Below are positions 8,397 to 18,474 of a stretch of DNA of 64,000 nucleotides, one piece after another. How positions within the stretch are numbered: the first letter of the stretch is position 1; each line of letters begins with the position of its first letter. The notes beneath the pieces were generated by a model, which did no database searches, was not told where the DNA came from, and worked only from the letters and a program-made list of their open reading frames with translations. Origin of the DNA: a virus; IMG/VR virus record IMGVR_UViG_3300020056_000007, one strand, 5' to 3'. The position numbers were made by a program, and so were the translations under genes.

Positions 8397-8675
8397 ATGG
8401 CACTTACAACTAAACAATTTAGCGAAATCCAAGTTCTTTTTGCTAAAGCTTCTATATCAGATTTTAATCAAATAGCTGATATGTTTAATACAACCCGTAG
8501 AATGGCTGAACGCTCAATCAAACAGAATTTTAATGTTGGTCAAAAGGTTCAGTGGACTGGTCGTAAAGGTTTTCAAACCGGTACGATTACCAAAATTAAC
8601 CGTAAAAACATTGTAGTTGATGCCGGTCAAAACGGCATGTGGAATGTTGCACCTTCACTTTTATCAGCGGCTTAA
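8397..8675 (+). CDS. early hypothetical protein (SH3-like C-terminus)
   Basis: GAGGAG SD; follows early promoter. Confidence 0.8.
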   Translation: MALTTKQFSEIQVLFAKASISDFNQIADMFNTTRRMAERSIKQNFNVGQKVQWTGRKGFQTGTITKINRKNIVVDAGQNGMWNVAPSLLSAA

Positions 8676-8687
8676 GGAGAATATATT

Positions 8688-9644
8688 ATGAGTCATGAAG
8701 TTGAAACAATGGCATACGCAGGAGAAGTTCCATGGCATGGTCTTGGAGTTCCTGTAAGTAACGATCTGACACCAGCTCAGATGATGCAAAAAGCTGGATT
8801 GGATTGGAAAGTCCGTGAAGTAGAATCCTTTGTAGAATACAATGGACGAAAAATGCGTACAGGTCAAAAGTCTCTTATTCGCGAGACTGACGGCAAAATT
8901 CTTACTAATGTTGGTAAGGATTGGAAACCTTTACAAAATTCAGAGGCATTTGAATTCTTTGGTGAATATGTAATGGCAGGTGATATGGAAATGCATACTG
9001 CTGGTTCACTAAAAGGTGGACAAATGGTATGGGCTTTAGCTAAAGTTAAAGATTCATTCGAATTGTTCAAAGGCGATCAGATTGATTCATATTTTCTTTT
9101 TGCCAATCCACATCTATATGGTAAGTCTATTGATATTCGTTTCACACCTATTCGTGTGGTATGTAAAAATACACTTAGCCTTTCACTTAACTCAACATCT
9201 TCAAATGCTGTAACAGTTGGCCATCGTGCTCAATTTAATGCTGATGAAGTAAAAGAAGCTCTTGGCATTGCTTCTGAGAAAATGCAAACTTATAAAGAGT
9301 ATGCTCAATTTCTTGGATCTAAGCGTTTCTCAACTGAAAAGCTTATTGAATACTATAATGAAGTATTCCCACGTACTGCTGATAAGCGTGTACAAGATAA
9401 AAGTCTTTCTATTGAAACACTTTCAAGAAATGCAAAGCTTTGTTATGATGCGCTTGAAACTCAACCTGGTGCAAAATATGCTGAAGGCACTTGGTGGCAG
9501 GCATTTAATTCAGTGACATATATCACTGATCACCATCAGGGTCGTAACTCTGATAATCGGTTATATTCCTCATGGTGGGGTGGTAACCAAGTCCGTAAGC
9601 GTAATGCTTTAGAGGCAGCAATTGAATTCGCGGAAACTGCATAG
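8688..9644 (+). CDS. DUF932 / phage-plasmid conserved protein
   Basis: PWHGLG, AGLDW, TAGSLKGG, TPIRVVCKNT, GTWWQAFNSVT. Confidence 0.85.
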   Translation: MSHEVETMAYAGEVPWHGLGVPVSNDLTPAQMMQKAGLDWKVREVESFVEYNGRKMRTGQKSLIRETDGKILTNVGKDWKPLQNSEAFEFFGEYVMAGDMEMHTAGSLKGGQMVWALAKVKDSFELFKGDQIDSYFLFANPHLYGKSIDIRFTPIRVVCKNTLSLSLNSTSSNAVTVGHRAQFNADEVKEALGIASEKMQTYKEYAQFLGSKRFSTEKLIEYYNEVFPRTADKRVQDKSLSIETLSRNAKLCYDALETQPGAKYAEGTWWQAFNSVTYITDHHQGRNSDNRLYSSWWGGNQVRKRNALEAAIEFAETA

Positions 9645-9654
9645 GAGATATATT

Positions 9655-9918
9655 ATGAACCGCTATACAACTCAAGAGCTTCGGGATATTATTGCCGAAG
9701 CTGAAGCTGAAATTAATCGTAGGGATGAACTTCCACATTTGATTTGTAATAAGGGTGGAATGTTCTTTAAGAATATGACATTTAAGAAGGCTAATAAGAC
9801 TTCTGTTATCCATGAAGATAGTCAGGGTAATGAATATATTACTCGTACTACACGCTTTGAACGTGTAGGCGGTCAGCAGAAGTATAAGGAGAGACTTCCT
9901 ATTACGAGGAATTGGTAA
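9655..9918 (+). CDS. hypothetical protein
   Basis: AGGAG SD before ATG 9655. Confidence 0.65.
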   Translation: MNRYTTQELRDIIAEAEAEINRRDELPHLICNKGGMFFKNMTFKKANKTSVIHEDSQGNEYITRTTRFERVGGQQKYKERLPITRNW

Positions 9919-10145
9919 TGGCAAAGTCTTATCTTCGTAGTGTAAATCGGGATACCCAAGCTATTGGCTTGGGTCTTCCTAGAGTTTTAGCTGAAATTAA
10001 ACACCTTGAAAGCTTAAAGAAAAAAGATCGTTCAGTTAAGAAAAGACTCGAAAGACTTTATACTGCTAAACAACAAATTCAAAATTCTACACCAGAACAA
10101 AGAATTGATTTGGTGAAACAATTAAAGGAGATTAATAGTGGCTAA
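9912..10145 (+). CDS. hypothetical protein
   Basis: ORF coupled to upstream gene. Confidence 0.6.
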   Translation: MVMAKSYLRSVNRDTQAIGLGLPRVLAEIKHLESLKKKDRSVKKRLERLYTAKQQIQNSTPEQRIDLVKQLKEINSG

Positions 10146-10311
10146 AAAGCACGATATTAACATGCTCCATGCTTGGGCTAAAAGTTGGGGTATAAAAGGA
10201 TATGAATATCTAGATCCTCAACTTAAAGAAAAGAACAAGCAACATGCATTAAAGCGTGCTTTATACCGTGAAAGACAAGAAGCAAGACAAAAATTCTTTA
10301 AGAAGAAATAA

Positions 10312-10344
10312 TTTAATATTTCTGTAACATTTCTTAAAACATAA
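10312..10344 (+). promoter_or_regulatory. candidate Pho box (11-bp periodic repeats)
   Basis: TTTAATATTTC/TGTAACATTTC/TTAAAACATAA upstream of phosphate transporter. Confidence 0.4.
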
Positions 10345-10393
10345 AAAGGGTATATAGTTTTATACCCTTTTATAAGATATAAGGATCCTATTA

Positions 10394-10867
10394 ATGTCGT
10401 CAACTAAACTCTGGAAAAAGGTAAAAACTATGGATCTAGGAAATCCCGTAATCACCGCTCTCGTTGGACTGGTGATTTTTTACATTGGCCTCAAAACATT
10501 CTCAGGTGGAATGAAGTCAATGGGAAATATGGACCATCTACAATTTTTTTTAGGTAGTCCAATATACATGTTCATTGGAGGAATCGTTATGACTCTCCTT
10601 TGGCAATCATCATCGTTATCAACAACAGCAATTATTGCTTTAGTTGCATCTGGAGCTTTACCACTTCCAGCAGCGGTTGCAGCAGTATTAGGCGCTAACA
10701 TTGGTACGACAGGTACGATATGGTTAGCTGGCTTTTTCGTCTCAGATGGATGGCCGAAAGGTGATACTCTTCGAATAGCCATGGCCCATACGGGCATGAA
10801 CTTATTGATGGCTCTATCGCTATTACCATTTGTAGGATATATAGCTAAATTCCTTGGTAGATTTTAA
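10394..10867 (+). CDS. Na+/Pi cotransporter family protein (single-repeat; alternative start 10430)
   Basis: TLLWQSSSLST and GANIGTT signature motifs; hydrophobic. Confidence 0.9.
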   Translation: MSSTKLWKKVKTMDLGNPVITALVGLVIFYIGLKTFSGGMKSMGNMDHLQFFLGSPIYMFIGGIVMTLLWQSSSLSTTAIIALVASGALPLPAAVAAVLGANIGTTGTIWLAGFFVSDGWPKGDTLRIAMAHTGMNLLMALSLLPFVGYIAKFLGRF

Positions 10868-10895
10868 AAAAGGGGAGGCTAAGGTCTCCCCTTTT
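10868..10895. terminator. bidirectional intrinsic terminator
   Basis: AAAAGGGGAGGC-TAAG-GTCTCCCCTTTT between convergent genes. Confidence 0.85.
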
Positions 10896-10906
10896 CATTA
10901 TGTGAT

Positions 10907-11137
10907 TTACTTATGATCCCAGATTTGGTATAATACCCATATAGCAATTAAGCCCATGAGTCCTTCTGCACCAAGACCGGCTAGCATTGCACTAACGTTT
11001 GATACAACACTTACATCTGGTAAGAATGGGATTTGATTTATGCCAAGCACTTCAGCAATAATCGATAGGGCTGCAATGGATACACCCATTTCCGCGAGCC
11101 CTTTTGCCCATCCTTTTACTGTATTTAATACTTCCAT
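10907..11137 (-). CDS. small membrane protein
   Basis: GGAGG SD before ATG 11137; two hydrophobic segments. Confidence 0.75.
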   Translation of the reverse strand: MEVLNTVKGWAKGLAEMGVSIAALSIIAEVLGINQIPFLPDVSVVSNVSAMLAGLGAEGLMGLIAIWVLYQIWDHK

Positions 11138-11187
11138 TAATTCCCTCCTAATGGTTAAGTATCTAATATTTATCAATTTTAAGTTAT

Positions 11188-11195
11188 TATAAATA
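11188..11195 (+). promoter_or_regulatory. late promoter TATAAATA
   Basis: Exact T4 late consensus before 11222. Confidence 0.75.
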
Positions 11196-11221
11196 GAGTT
11201 ATTAAAAGGAGCATAAGGCAA

Positions 11222-12280
11222 ATGGCATATACTTTTTTTCCTAAATCAACTGAGGAAATTCAAAATACGTTAAGCAGCAAAGGATTCCCTCAGCCAAATG
11301 TTGAGGAAGTGAAACGGCTATTTAATTTCTTACGTAATAAAGATAAGTCTCCAATTAATTTAGACTTAGAGAAAAAAACAAACGTAAATGTATCTCGAAC
11401 AATTGATGGCGATTATTCAATTGCTGATATTAAAAGAGGTGCAGACATTAGTATACTCAAGTTAAAATTTGGAAATGGATCTTCAGGTAACCGCGGAGCA
11501 AATAACCGCGGTAATTTATTTGAACCTCAATTTGCTGATGCTTTACTTAAATGGTGGGCAGGCGAAGATGTAACAGATAAAAAAATGCTTGCTGCAATTG
11601 AGGATATGAATAAGACTTATAAGATTGAAGATTCCAAAACATTTAAGGTTGATGTTGTTGGAGGTGAAAATACAAGACGACCATTAGTATTTACTCCAAA
11701 CATTCAACTTACAAATCCGAAAGGACGTGGGTACGATGTTGGTCAGTCTGTTACTGATATTACGGTTACTACGGACAAAGGTCCGATCTTTCTTTCGTTG
11801 AAACTTGGTGGAACTACTACGTTCTTTAATGTTGGTGTAAAAACTATTTTGACTAAAAAAGAAATAGAAAATATGAGTATTACAAATCCAAATGGAAAGA
11901 AGCTTCTTAAACTATTTGGAATTGATGAAACCAAATTTTGTGAAGTCTTTAATGGTACACATAAAGGATCTGTAGATCGTAGACCTAAGTTTGATAAATC
12001 TGGTATGGTAAGACTACTTCAATCTGGAATTGGATTCAATTATCATATTATACATAAACTAACCGGTAAAATTTTATCCAAACAAATGGATGAAAAAGCC
12101 ATGAAACGAGCAGCCACTGTAAATGCTCCAATAATTTATTACGGTGGTAAAGGCGGTAAGGGTAAACGCATTGATATTGAAATGCAATCGCCAACATATA
12201 CATTTAAACTTAATTTAAGAGATACGCAAGGCAAGGATGGTTATCCAACTCGTCTTATGTGTGATTTCAAATATAGGTAA
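11222..12280 (+). CDS. hypothetical, PD-(D/E)xK nuclease-like fold
   Basis: GNLFE...VTDITV...FLSLK motif. Confidence 0.5.
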   Translation: MAYTFFPKSTEEIQNTLSSKGFPQPNVEEVKRLFNFLRNKDKSPINLDLEKKTNVNVSRTIDGDYSIADIKRGADISILKLKFGNGSSGNRGANNRGNLFEPQFADALLKWWAGEDVTDKKMLAAIEDMNKTYKIEDSKTFKVDVVGGENTRRPLVFTPNIQLTNPKGRGYDVGQSVTDITVTTDKGPIFLSLKLGGTTTFFNVGVKTILTKKEIENMSITNPNGKKLLKLFGIDETKFCEVFNGTHKGSVDRRPKFDKSGMVRLLQSGIGFNYHIIHKLTGKILSKQMDEKAMKRAATVNAPIIYYGGKGGKGKRIDIEMQSPTYTFKLNLRDTQGKDGYPTRLMCDFKYR

Positions 12281-12283
12281 ACC

Positions 12284-13060
12284 ATGCCAATACAAAGACA
12301 TTTTGCAAATTCTGATTTAGCCGAAATGGTTGACATTTCTAATGGAATGGTAATTAATACCGATTTCATTCATAAGTTTGGTCGTAATCCAAATATAGGT
12401 GGTGCACCTGAAACTATTTGGATGAACGGTGGAATTTATACATATTTGGATGCTCCTTCTACTGTTTATGTTACAAGTAATAGTGCTGATGATGCTGCTG
12501 CTGGAACTGGAGCAAGAACCGTTACAGTCCAAGGATTAGATAATAATTATGAACAAGTAGAGGAAACGCTAACAGTAGGTGGACCTGTTTCAACAATAGA
12601 ATTTTTAAGAATATTTAGAGCTTTTGTTGAAACGGCAGGATCTATTAAAACAAATGTTGGTAATGTGAAAATTACAACAGGAGCTGGTGGAACTGGAACA
12701 GTATTAGCAGATATTGGCATTATAGGAACTGGAACAACTTTTGGATTGGGCCAAACACAACTTGCTTTATATACAATTCCAGCACATTGTACTGGATATT
12801 TAACACGATGGAATAATGGAGTTGGAGCTTATAACTCTTCAGCAACCATAACACTTCTTACAAGACAAATTGAAGAAGTGACTAAAGCATTTAGAACAAG
12901 AGATATTATGGATGTTCCTGGTGGTTGGCATGTTCGAGATTACGAAATCCCAATTAGGTTACCACCAAAAACAGATGTAGAAATAAGAGCAATTGCCTCG
13001 ACTGGTTCAAATGTTTCTTCATCTTTTGATATAGTATTAGTCACAGGACCAGGACAATGA
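12284..13060 (+). CDS. hypothetical, probable virion protein
   Basis: Gly/Thr-rich beta protein (KFGRNP, GTGARTVTVQGLD) in late operon. Confidence 0.55.
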   Translation: MPIQRHFANSDLAEMVDISNGMVINTDFIHKFGRNPNIGGAPETIWMNGGIYTYLDAPSTVYVTSNSADDAAAGTGARTVTVQGLDNNYEQVEETLTVGGPVSTIEFLRIFRAFVETAGSIKTNVGNVKITTGAGGTGTVLADIGIIGTGTTFGLGQTQLALYTIPAHCTGYLTRWNNGVGAYNSSATITLLTRQIEEVTKAFRTRDIMDVPGGWHVRDYEIPIRLPPKTDVEIRAIASTGSNVSSSFDIVLVTGPGQ

Positions 13061-14280
13061 ATTTCTCAGAGTTTATAACAGAACAAAAGAATACACATAT
13101 GACTCACATAGAGGATAAAGTTATCTATGGTGGAGTCAAAGGAACACGTGATGCAATTCTTGCTTTACGAATGTTGAGAGACACATTAGGTGGTGTGAAA
13201 GATGGAAACGTTACTGTTAAATGGGATGGTGCTCCTGCTATATTTGCTGGTACTGATCCTCGTGACGGAAAGTTTTTTGTCGCCAAAAAAGGTATCTTTA
13301 ACAAAAACCCTAAAGTCTACAAAACTCCTGCTGATGTTGACGCTGATACTTCTGGTGATCTTAATGTTAAACTAAAAGCAGCATTAAAAGAATTGCCTGC
13401 ATTGGGTATTAAAGGAATTATTCAAGGTGATTTCCTTTTTGGACCAGGTGATGTAAAGACACAAAAAATTAAAGGAAAGAAATATGTTACATTTCATCCT
13501 AATACTATCGTCTATGCGTTGCCAGCTGAGTCGGATGGAGCTCGCGATGTTAAGAAATCAAAAATTGGAATCGTCTGGCATACAGCCTATACAGGTAACT
13601 CCTTCGAGTCTCTCAAAGCTTCGTATGGAGTTGATGCCTCTAAGTTGCGACCAAGCCGAAATGTGTGGAGCCAAGACGCAACGCTTAGGGATATGACTCG
13701 CTATACTATGTCTAAAAAAGACACGGAGGAAGTCAATGGTTATTTGTCTCAAGCTGGAAAAATTTTCAATCAAATCAGTGGTACAACTCTTCGCGAATTG
13801 GAAGCTAATCCAAAACTTGCTCAAATGGTGGAAACCTTCAACAACACCTACGTCAGAAGAGGCGAGGTCGTGGGAAATACAACACAGCATACAAATAACC
13901 TTATCAGATGGATCAACCAAAAATTTGACCGTGAGCGAATGGCACGTAAATCGGCACGGGGACAATCAGCCGTTGACCAAAGAAGAGAAGAAATCTTAAA
14001 GTTTTTTAGTCCTGCAAATAAAAAATCACTCATAAAAATGTTTGATTTGCAAAAAGTTATAGTTCTAGCAAAACTAAAAATTATAAATATACTTAATAAA
14101 CTTAATAATGCTAAAACCTTTTTGAAAACAAAAAAAGGTTATCGAATTACAGGCCAAGAAGGTTATGTAGCTATCGATAAACTTGGTGGTGATGCGGTTA
14201 AAATTGTTGACAGAATGGAATTTTCATTTGCCAACTTTAGCCCGAATATATTAAAAGGATGGGATAAACCTGGGAGATAA
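13057..14280 (+). CDS. DUF6267-like protein, ATP-dependent ligase/nucleotidyltransferase fold
   Basis: KWDG (motif I), IQGDFL, EGYV, VKIVDR. Confidence 0.7.
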   Translation: MNFSEFITEQKNTHMTHIEDKVIYGGVKGTRDAILALRMLRDTLGGVKDGNVTVKWDGAPAIFAGTDPRDGKFFVAKKGIFNKNPKVYKTPADVDADTSGDLNVKLKAALKELPALGIKGIIQGDFLFGPGDVKTQKIKGKKYVTFHPNTIVYALPAESDGARDVKKSKIGIVWHTAYTGNSFESLKASYGVDASKLRPSRNVWSQDATLRDMTRYTMSKKDTEEVNGYLSQAGKIFNQISGTTLRELEANPKLAQMVETFNNTYVRRGEVVGNTTQHTNNLIRWINQKFDRERMARKSARGQSAVDQRREEILKFFSPANKKSLIKMFDLQKVIVLAKLKIINILNKLNNAKTFLKTKKGYRITGQEGYVAIDKLGGDAVKIVDRMEFSFANFSPNILKGWDKPGR

Positions 14281-14283
14281 CAA

Positions 14284-14889
14284 ATGCCAATAGGCTTTAA
14301 AGATTATTTGTCTGTAGATTATAAACCTGGCGCTACAGATCAAGAAAAATATAACGCTAAAAAGCGTAAAAGGTCAGATGTCGAAGAAGCATCAATGAAA
14401 GGCATGTGCTGCAAAAATTGTGGCGATAAGTTTGGTAAACCAACAAATGAAGATTGCCAATATGATGCATATGATCCCAATGGTAAAAATTGGGTAAAAG
14501 AATATTCTGAGAAAACTGAATGTCCAGAATGCAATGGTAAAGGTTGTGATCATTGTGATGGTAAAGGTTTTCATGAAGCATTGAATGTTCAACAAAGACT
14601 ACGCCGTTCAAGAGCAATGAAAAAAATGAAAGCCCGTATCGCAATGGGTAGACGTAGAGCTCAGAAAAAAATGGCTAGCAAAGATAAATTAGTAAAAAGA
14701 TCAAGACGTGCAGCTCGGACGGCCATTCTTAAAAAGCTTACAAAGGATGTACCAAAGGGTGAATTAAATTATGCACGTAGACAAGAGATTGAAAAGCGTT
14801 TAGATAAGATGGGACCTCGTATAGACAGATTAGCTAAAAAAATGTTCCCATCCATTCGCAAAAAGGAAGTGATGAGGAAAAAAGGTTGA
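14284..14889 (+). CDS. basic protein with Zn-finger (CxxCxGxG repeats)
   Basis: CPECNGKGCDHCDGKG; Arg/Lys-rich C-terminus. Confidence 0.7.
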   Translation: MPIGFKDYLSVDYKPGATDQEKYNAKKRKRSDVEEASMKGMCCKNCGDKFGKPTNEDCQYDAYDPNGKNWVKEYSEKTECPECNGKGCDHCDGKGFHEALNVQQRLRRSRAMKKMKARIAMGRRRAQKKMASKDKLVKRSRRAARTAILKKLTKDVPKGELNYARRQEIEKRLDKMGPRIDRLAKKMFPSIRKKEVMRKKG

Positions 14890-16157
14890 GCTTTAGTTCA
14901 TTTAAAACATTTTTAGTAGAAGAGGAAAAAACGGCATACTTTACGTTTGGCCGTATGAATCCTCCTACAATTGGTCATGAAAAATTATTAAATAGTTTAT
15001 ATATGAAAGCTGGAAAAAACCCATATCGTGTTTTTTTATCTCAATCAGTTGACCCAAAAAAGAATCCATTACAATATCAAATGAAAGTAAAAAGTGCTAG
15101 GAAAATGTTTCCTAAGTATGCGCGTTCTATTATGTTAAATAAAAAAATAAAGAATGTATTTGATGTAGCAGTACAACTATATAATGAAGGATTTAAAAAT
15201 GTTGTAATGGTAGTAGGATCAGATAGAGTTCGTGAGTTTGAATTATTATTAAATAAATACAATGGTAAAAAAGGTAGACACGGATTTTATAATTTCCAAA
15301 AAGTAAATGTAATGTCTGCAGGAGCAAGAGATCCTGATGCTGAAGGTGTTGAAGGTATGTCAGCATCTAAAATGAGAGCTGCAGCATCATCAAATGACTT
15401 TACTGCATTTTCCCAAGGCCTACCAAAAAGCGTAGCTAATGCTGAAGCAAAAAGAATATTTAATGCTGTTCGTAAAGGCATGGGGTTAAAGGAAGAAAAT
15501 GAATTTAAAAGACATGTTCAACTTAAGCCCGTATCAGAAATTAGAGAAAACTATGTTAATGGCATGCTCTACAATATCGGAGATACAGTTATCAACAAAG
15601 ATACCGGAGAAATCTCAGAAATCAAAAGACTTGGAGCCAACTATGTTATCATTGAAGGTAGTGGAAATACATACCGTAAATGGTTAACAGACATTGAACA
15701 TCTAAAAGAAGAAATTCCTGTAGCTCCATTTTCTGTGGCAAAAGAAGGTCTTTCTGAAGGTACTGACAAATGGTATAAAGATCAACCAGAATGGGGAACA
15801 CCAGAATCAACTAAAAAGGCTGAAAAAATAACTCCAGGCCAAAGTGAAGGTGCTGCATATCATAAAGGTTTATCAAAATCTACTATGGCAAAAAGAAAAG
15901 CTCATTTTAAAAAAGGAGCAAAGATGGATGATGATAACCCCGCAGCATATAAGCCAGCGCCTGGAGATGCTACTGCTAAGACAAAAACTTCAAAGCATAC
16001 AATCAGATTCAGACAGATGTATGGTGAAAAAAATTCTCAAGTTGACATTGCTAAGGCGAGAATTGATAGAGAGAAAGAATCAGATGCTAAAAGGCATGAC
16101 CGAATGATGGATCGAGCAAGAATGCGAGATGTTAAGAAAACCAATAGGGAAAACTAA
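14886..16157 (+). CDS. HxGH nucleotidyltransferase (cytidylyltransferase-like) with C-terminal extensions
   Basis: TFGRMNPPTIGHEKL, VVGSDR, SASKMR. Confidence 0.85.
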   Translation: MSFSSFKTFLVEEEKTAYFTFGRMNPPTIGHEKLLNSLYMKAGKNPYRVFLSQSVDPKKNPLQYQMKVKSARKMFPKYARSIMLNKKIKNVFDVAVQLYNEGFKNVVMVVGSDRVREFELLLNKYNGKKGRHGFYNFQKVNVMSAGARDPDAEGVEGMSASKMRAAASSNDFTAFSQGLPKSVANAEAKRIFNAVRKGMGLKEENEFKRHVQLKPVSEIRENYVNGMLYNIGDTVINKDTGEISEIKRLGANYVIIEGSGNTYRKWLTDIEHLKEEIPVAPFSVAKEGLSEGTDKWYKDQPEWGTPESTKKAEKITPGQSEGAAYHKGLSKSTMAKRKAHFKKGAKMDDDNPAAYKPAPGDATAKTKTSKHTIRFRQMYGEKNSQVDIAKARIDREKESDAKRHDRMMDRARMRDVKKTNREN

Positions 16158-16405
16158 TGTTAAAATTTAAAGCATATATTCATGAAGATGCCACTGCAGG
16201 TTTGAAGAAAAAAGCAGAGAAATCTGGTATGCCAGTTGGTATTCTTCGAAAAGTTTATAACCGTGGTGTTGCGGCATGGCGGACGGGCCATCGTCCCGGA
16301 ACTACCCCCCAGCAGTGGGGCATGGCCCGAGTTAATTCATTTGTAACAAAATCGTCTGGCACATGGGGCAAGGCGGATAAAGATTTAGCAGCGAGAGTAA
16401 AATGA
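16157..16405 (+). CDS. DUF5824-like small basic protein
   Basis: VYNRGVAAWRTGHRPGTTPQQWGMARVNSF. Confidence 0.7.
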   Translation: MLKFKAYIHEDATAGLKKKAEKSGMPVGILRKVYNRGVAAWRTGHRPGTTPQQWGMARVNSFVTKSSGTWGKADKDLAARVK

Positions 16406-18165
16406 AATCATTCAACGATTTAAGAGAAGGATATGTTTCCCATGCTCAGCGTAAAGCGGTATGGGCATCTAAAAAGGATGGCGGTAAAGGACATCCTGAT
16501 AATAAAAAGGAAGATTCTTCTCATTCAGACGCAGTAAAAGCATTTCTTGCCAAAGGTGGTAAAATTAAAAAGCTTCCACCCGGTAAAGCTCAAGGATGGC
16601 ATGGAAAGTCTGATCCCGGAAATCGCGTGAAGGGCATGCTAGATAAGCCAGATTCTTCTAAGATGAAAAATAGAGGTAAGCATTTAGATACTTCTACACC
16701 AACTCATAAAGAAGGTAAAGAAGAAGATATAAAAGCAACAATTGATAGACACCAAAAAGCTCATGATCATCATCAGCAAATGAGTAAAGAAGCAGATAAT
16801 CGTAGCGATACAGTAAAGCATATGAATGCACAAATGGCTCATGCTAAATCATTAAAACGGGCTAAAGAAAGATTAGCTAAGATCCAAAATGAAGGAAAAG
16901 CGTACGGTCCAACTGGAGTAAGCTATTACGTACCATCAGGTCATAAGGATGAAGTAGATCCAAAAACTGGAAAGAAATATCCTGAAAGGCAAAAACCTGG
17001 ATATAAATCGCCTAAAGAAGCTTATAATGAACCACAAGGTCAAGCAAAACGGATGATGTCTCCATTACAAAAAATAAGACAGGATAAAGAAAAAGCTGAT
17101 CGTGATCATGATGGTAAACTAAAAAGAGGTCGTTCATCTTTAAGTAGGCTTAGAGATATACAGAATAAATCAAATGCAATGGCGGCTAAGCCTCGTAAAG
17201 AAGAAGTAGAACAGCTTGATGAATTATCTCCGCGTACTAAAGCTTCTTATTATAAAAAAGCAAAAGATCAAAATAAATCAACTCAAAAAGCATATGATAA
17301 AAGTGTAAAAAGTAGTCCTGATAAATTTTTTGGTCAAGATGATCCTAAGGATCAAGCTCGTGCTAAAACTATGGATAAACGCCAAAGGGGTATGGCAATG
17401 GTAAAAGGCCGTAAATATGGCCAAAGATATGAAGCTACGATTAAAGAACTTGACGAAGGTAACATGATGTCGGCTGCTAAAGAGTTGGAAGCTTATGCAC
17501 GTAAGTCTGGAGGAATTGATAAAAACGATTTTATGAAAGCTGTCATGATGATGAAGAGAAATCAAAGAAAACAGCTTAATAAGTTTGTTGATGAGTTGGA
17601 TACAGAACCGCGTGAAAAGATTTTATCAGTTATGCATAAACACATTAAAGAAGAAAATGAACTAAATGAAGAAATGACATTTAGAGTTGAAATTGATGGA
17701 TTACCTGCAATGTTTATGTATGCTGCTGGTCCAGGTGCTTTAAAACAAGAACTTCGTAAAATTGTTAAACAACCTTCAATGGTTAAATCTGTAAAAAGAG
17801 TTACAGATGCTACTGTTAAAAAAACATTTCGCTTAAAAGCACAAGGGCGAGATGATGATAGTGATGGCGAAATAGATAGTAGGCAAGAACAAACAAATGA
17901 AGCTCGTGGTGAAGATGCAAAGGGACATAAAAGAGCAACTGAAAAGGGTGCTGGGTTAACACAAAAAGGTGTAGATGCTTATAGAAGAGCAAACCCAGGA
18001 TCTAAATTGCAGACTGCTGTAACAGGTAAAGTTAAACCTGGAAGTAAAGATGCTAAAAGAAGAAAATCTTTTTGTGCGCGAATGAGTGGAATGCCTGGAC
18101 CAATGAAAGATGAAAAAGGTAGACCAACTAGGAAAGCAATGTCTTTAAGAAGATGGAAATGTTAA
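16402..18165 (+). CDS. multi-module basic protein, probable internal head protein, with DUF6321-like C-terminus
   Basis: Repeated LDE/LNE junctions; RRKSFCARMSG...SLRRWKC. Confidence 0.7.
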   Translation: MKSFNDLREGYVSHAQRKAVWASKKDGGKGHPDNKKEDSSHSDAVKAFLAKGGKIKKLPPGKAQGWHGKSDPGNRVKGMLDKPDSSKMKNRGKHLDTSTPTHKEGKEEDIKATIDRHQKAHDHHQQMSKEADNRSDTVKHMNAQMAHAKSLKRAKERLAKIQNEGKAYGPTGVSYYVPSGHKDEVDPKTGKKYPERQKPGYKSPKEAYNEPQGQAKRMMSPLQKIRQDKEKADRDHDGKLKRGRSSLSRLRDIQNKSNAMAAKPRKEEVEQLDELSPRTKASYYKKAKDQNKSTQKAYDKSVKSSPDKFFGQDDPKDQARAKTMDKRQRGMAMVKGRKYGQRYEATIKELDEGNMMSAAKELEAYARKSGGIDKNDFMKAVMMMKRNQRKQLNKFVDELDTEPREKILSVMHKHIKEENELNEEMTFRVEIDGLPAMFMYAAGPGALKQELRKIVKQPSMVKSVKRVTDATVKKTFRLKAQGRDDDSDGEIDSRQEQTNEARGEDAKGHKRATEKGAGLTQKGVDAYRRANPGSKLQTAVTGKVKPGSKDAKRRKSFCARMSGMPGPMKDEKGRPTRKAMSLRRWKC

Positions 18166-18186
18166 AAAATGAAACTGGAGCAACAA

Positions 18187-18465
18187 ATGGCACAAACAAC
18201 AGAAGCTCGGTTAGAGAGAATCGAGGATAAGCTTGATCAGTTAACTGATGCGATGGTGTCATTAGCTCGAGCAGAAGAGAAGATCGGCAATTTGCAAGAC
18301 GACCATAATAAACAATACGAGCGGATAAACCGCTTATCACAAAAACTAGATGAGATAGAAAGGGTGGTTTTAGAAAACCATCGTACAGTATGTTTCATTC
18401 AGAAATTATTCTGGGTGGTTGTAATAGCAGCCGCCGGTGCAATAGCCACTAATATTTACATGTAG
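18187..18465 (+). CDS. coiled-coil protein with C-terminal TM
   Basis: RLERIEDKLDQL heptads; FWVVVIAAAGAIA; GGAG SD. Confidence 0.7.
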   Translation: MAQTTEARLERIEDKLDQLTDAMVSLARAEEKIGNLQDDHNKQYERINRLSQKLDEIERVVLENHRTVCFIQKLFWVVVIAAAGAIATNIYM

Positions 18466-18474
18466 GAGAAGAAA

